From positions 1 to 36,275 of IMG/VR virus record IMGVR_UViG_3300043178_000066: a stretch of DNA of 36,275 nucleotides, one strand, 5' to 3'. The notes under the pieces are model-generated. The model saw only the letters and a list, made by a program, of their open reading frames with translations, ran no database searches and was not told where the DNA came from. Shown here piece by piece: positions 34,057 through 36,275 of the stretch (position 1 is its first letter; each line of letters starts with the position of its first letter). A program made the position numbers and the translations under genes. Origin of the DNA: a virus (taxonomy: Duplodnaviria > Caudoviricetes).

Positions 34057-36275
34057 ATGACGAAAACTTCCAACGCGTGGATCGCCATCGATCATGGCCT
34101 CGACACCGACCATAGGCTTGCGCGCTACATCCTGGTTCTGAAGGGTGAGCGTTCTCTCTATCAAGCCATTGAGGAGGACGACTGGGTTCTGGTCCTGAAC
34201 CCCGTTGGTAGCATTACCCGTGTCGGGCGTGTGCTGCGGGTTCGTTCCGATCTCGCAACCACCACGCTCTATTTCGACCGACTGCTGTCGGGCACCGACT
34301 CCATCTCGATCGGCCTCACTGCACTCACGCCACCGTCTTCGGGAAGTATTGGTCGGGTCCAGTGGACCGATTTCGTCGAAGCCCTACCCAAGGCATTGCA
34401 CAAGACTATCGCCGACGTGCCGACGGTCGGTTCTGACGCTCGTTCACCCCAGCATCAGCAGGACCTCGCCTACATCCGCGAATTGCTGCAACTGGCCGTG
34501 GTGGACGATCTGCTCGGACCGGCTGGCGGCCCTCACGAGCGCATCGTCGACATGGGTGTACGGGATCGTTATCTGGTGGGCAAGCTCGCCCCGCGTGAGG
34601 CGGCACAAGGTGGCATCGAAGGGCTCGAAGGGCCACTGGCGAACGAAGACGCCGAAGAACCTACCGACCCGAAGGCGCCCGGCCAGCATGAACCCGGTGC
34701 GGAGTTCGGCACGGCGACGGGGCGTGTGGAGCCGGAGTCAGATGCCGCCGATGAAATCGATGCTGCCAGCAATCAATCGCTGGTGCCGAGCAGTCTGGGC
34801 ATGACCTTCTGCGTGGATGGTGATGCCGAGACGATCGAAGTCGAGGTGCGCTGGGGACGCTATGAGCGCAGCAATGAGCACGAGATCTTCCGCACTCGCA
34901 GGAACAAGGAAACAGGCGTCGAGGAACAGACCAAGGCCAAGGTATGGCAACGCATTCCCTGTGGCGGCAAGTTGGTGCTGCCGCTCACCGAGGGCGTGAT
35001 ACCCCATCAGGCGCCGGACAAGACCTATCCCGAAGTGCGGGTGCAAGGCTCGGTGCGCGCCAAGAATGCGAATGGCGATCGCTTGGTGACGCTGTTCCTG
35101 GTCAACGCACAGGAGGAACCCGAGACCAACCGCGATACGGCCTGGGTGTTCCAGCCGGAACTGATCGTTCGCGCCGAGACAGAGGCCCCAGAGCGAGCCA
35201 TCTTCCGTCGCCGCCCCGTACTGGATGCGGACGGTATGGACCCGGAGCGTGAATCGCTGGAGATGATCTACCGCAACCGGGTGGAGTTCGCGGTCGGCCA
35301 TGGCGTAGCCGTCCATGCCGAGACGGCAGATGACGTGACACTGGCCACTGAGGTGCGGACTATCGTCATGCCGCAGTACGAGGTGCAGGTCACCGAAACG
35401 CCGGGGCTGGACCCCGCCGACCGACCGGCAATGAAGGAGATGGTGAGCAGCGGTCTGCTGGATATGCAGCGCCTCGCCACCCTGGACATCGATCTGCTGG
35501 TCGATGCCCTGAATCTGCTGACCAAGGATTACGCTGCGTGGATCGACGAGCAGCGCGATCGGGTCGGCGTCGATGTGCTCGGCTATGACGCGCAGGCCCG
35601 ACAGGCGATGGATAGATGCCAGGAAATTCACACGCGTCTGCAGCAGGGTATCGATACGCTGAGGAGCAACGACAAAGCGCTGGCGGCCTTCCGTTTCGCC
35701 AACCGGGCGATGGCCACGCAGCGCGTGCGCAGCCAATACGCCCTTGAGGTCCGGCGCGGCAAGGACGTCACCGTCGAGCAGTTCGACGTTCTGAAGAACC
35801 GCAGCTGGCGCCCGTTCCAGTTGGCCTTCCTGCTGCTGTCGATCCCTTCACTGGCCGACCCGACGCACCCGGATCGGGTGCAGCCCGTCGAAGCCTATGC
35901 CGACCTGCTGTGGTTCCCCACCGGCGGCGGTAAGACCGAGGCCTACCTGGGTGTGGCCGCCTTCACCATGGCCATTCGGCGCATGCAGGGGAACCTGGGC
36001 GGCTACGACGGCTCGCGCGGTCTGGCCGTGATCATGCGTTACACCCTGCGCCTGCTGACGCTGCAGCAGTTCCAGCGCGCCACGGCACTGATCTGTGCGA
36101 TGGAGGTGCTGCGGCGCGAGGCACTGGCCAAGGGCGACGAATCGCTCGGCACTGAACCCTTCACCATCGGATTGTGGGTGGGCAACAAGGTGACGCCCGG
36201 CACGACCGAGGACAGCCATCGGGCCATTGAGGACATCCGCAACCCCGGCAAGTACAACGCCGGCGCGGCGTCTCC
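34057..36275 (+). CDS. drmA: DISARM helicase DrmA (3'-truncated by the window edge; absent from the ORF track)
   Basis: Hand translation from ATG 34057 (GAGGTG upstream): DLLGPAGG...VRDRYLVGKLAP, PSSLGMTF, WRPFQLAF, Walker A LLWFPTGGGKTEAY (~35905-35946) and MRYTLRLLTLQQFQRA. No in-frame stop seen. Confidence 0.92.
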   Translation, partial: MTKTSNAWIAIDHGLDTDHRLARYILVLKGERSLYQAIEEDDWVLVLNPVGSITRVGRVLRVRSDLATTTLYFDRLLSGTDSISIGLTALTPPSSGSIGRVQWTDFVEALPKALHKTIADVPTVGSDARSPQHQQDLAYIRELLQLAVVDDLLGPAGGPHERIVDMGVRDRYLVGKLAPREAAQGGIEGLEGPLANEDAEEPTDPKAPGQHEPGAEFGTATGRVEPESDAADEIDAASNQSLVPSSLGMTFCVDGDAETIEVEVRWGRYERSNEHEIFRTRRNKETGVEEQTKAKVWQRIPCGGKLVLPLTEGVIPHQAPDKTYPEVRVQGSVRAKNANGDRLVTLFLVNAQEEPETNRDTAWVFQPELIVRAETEAPERAIFRRRPVLDADGMDPERESLEMIYRNRVEFAVGHGVAVHAETADDVTLATEVRTIVMPQYEVQVTETPGLDPADRPAMKEMVSSGLLDMQRLATLDIDLLVDALNLLTKDYAAWIDEQRDRVGVDVLGYDAQARQAMDRCQEIHTRLQQGIDTLRSNDKALAAFRFANRAMATQRVRSQYALEVRRGKDVTVEQFDVLKNRSWRPFQLAFLLLSIPSLADPTHPDRVQPVEAYADLLWFPTGGGKTEAYLGVAAFTMAIRRMQGNLGGYDGSRGLAVIMRYTLRLLTLQQFQRATALICAMEVLRREALAKGDESLGTEPFTIGLWVGNKVTPGTTEDSHRAIEDIRNPGKYNAGAAS

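Larger units (their letters stand above)
20931..36275 (+). other. Composite anti-phage defence operon: class I DISARM plus HgiDII-like R-M, Vsr and KAP NTPase; continues beyond the window
   Basis: Eight co-oriented genes with overlaps or gaps of a few to about 70 bp, and no internal terminator seen. drmB and drmC are expected downstream but are not visible. Confidence 0.85.

Noticed and set aside
34205-35525. Short ORFs in the track suggesting a fragmented or pseudogenised region
   Set aside because: A single frame from 34057 encodes DrmA to the window end. It is missing from the track only because no stop codon is reached.

Overview
All credible genes are on the + strand of high-GC, probably proteobacterial DNA, in two blocks. 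(1) 1-20746 is the late operon of a temperate siphovirus prophage. It has a lambda-type head module (terminase large subunit cut by the window edge, gpW, portal, S49 protease with nested scaffold, gpD, gpE, head-tail proteins), a tail tube, a G/GT chaperone pair with a clear -1 slippery site, a tape measure, a D3112/JBD/YuA-like tail-tip module and a lysis cassette with no visible spanin. (2) 20931 to the window end is a tightly packed defence operon starting about 180 bp after the endolysin: excisionase-like HTH, C5-cytosine MTase, Vsr, DrmD, DrmMI, KAP NTPase, GHKL-ATPase/PD-(D/E)xK nuclease and DrmA (truncated, missing from the ORF track). The most interesting reading is a class I DISARM operon interleaved with a split HgiDII-like R-M pair and a KAP NTPase. 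It is headed by a 5-bp-periodic array, a candidate promoter, the HTH gene and a possible leader-peptide/anti-SD switch. Family assignments come from motif recognition and recalled sequences, not database searches.
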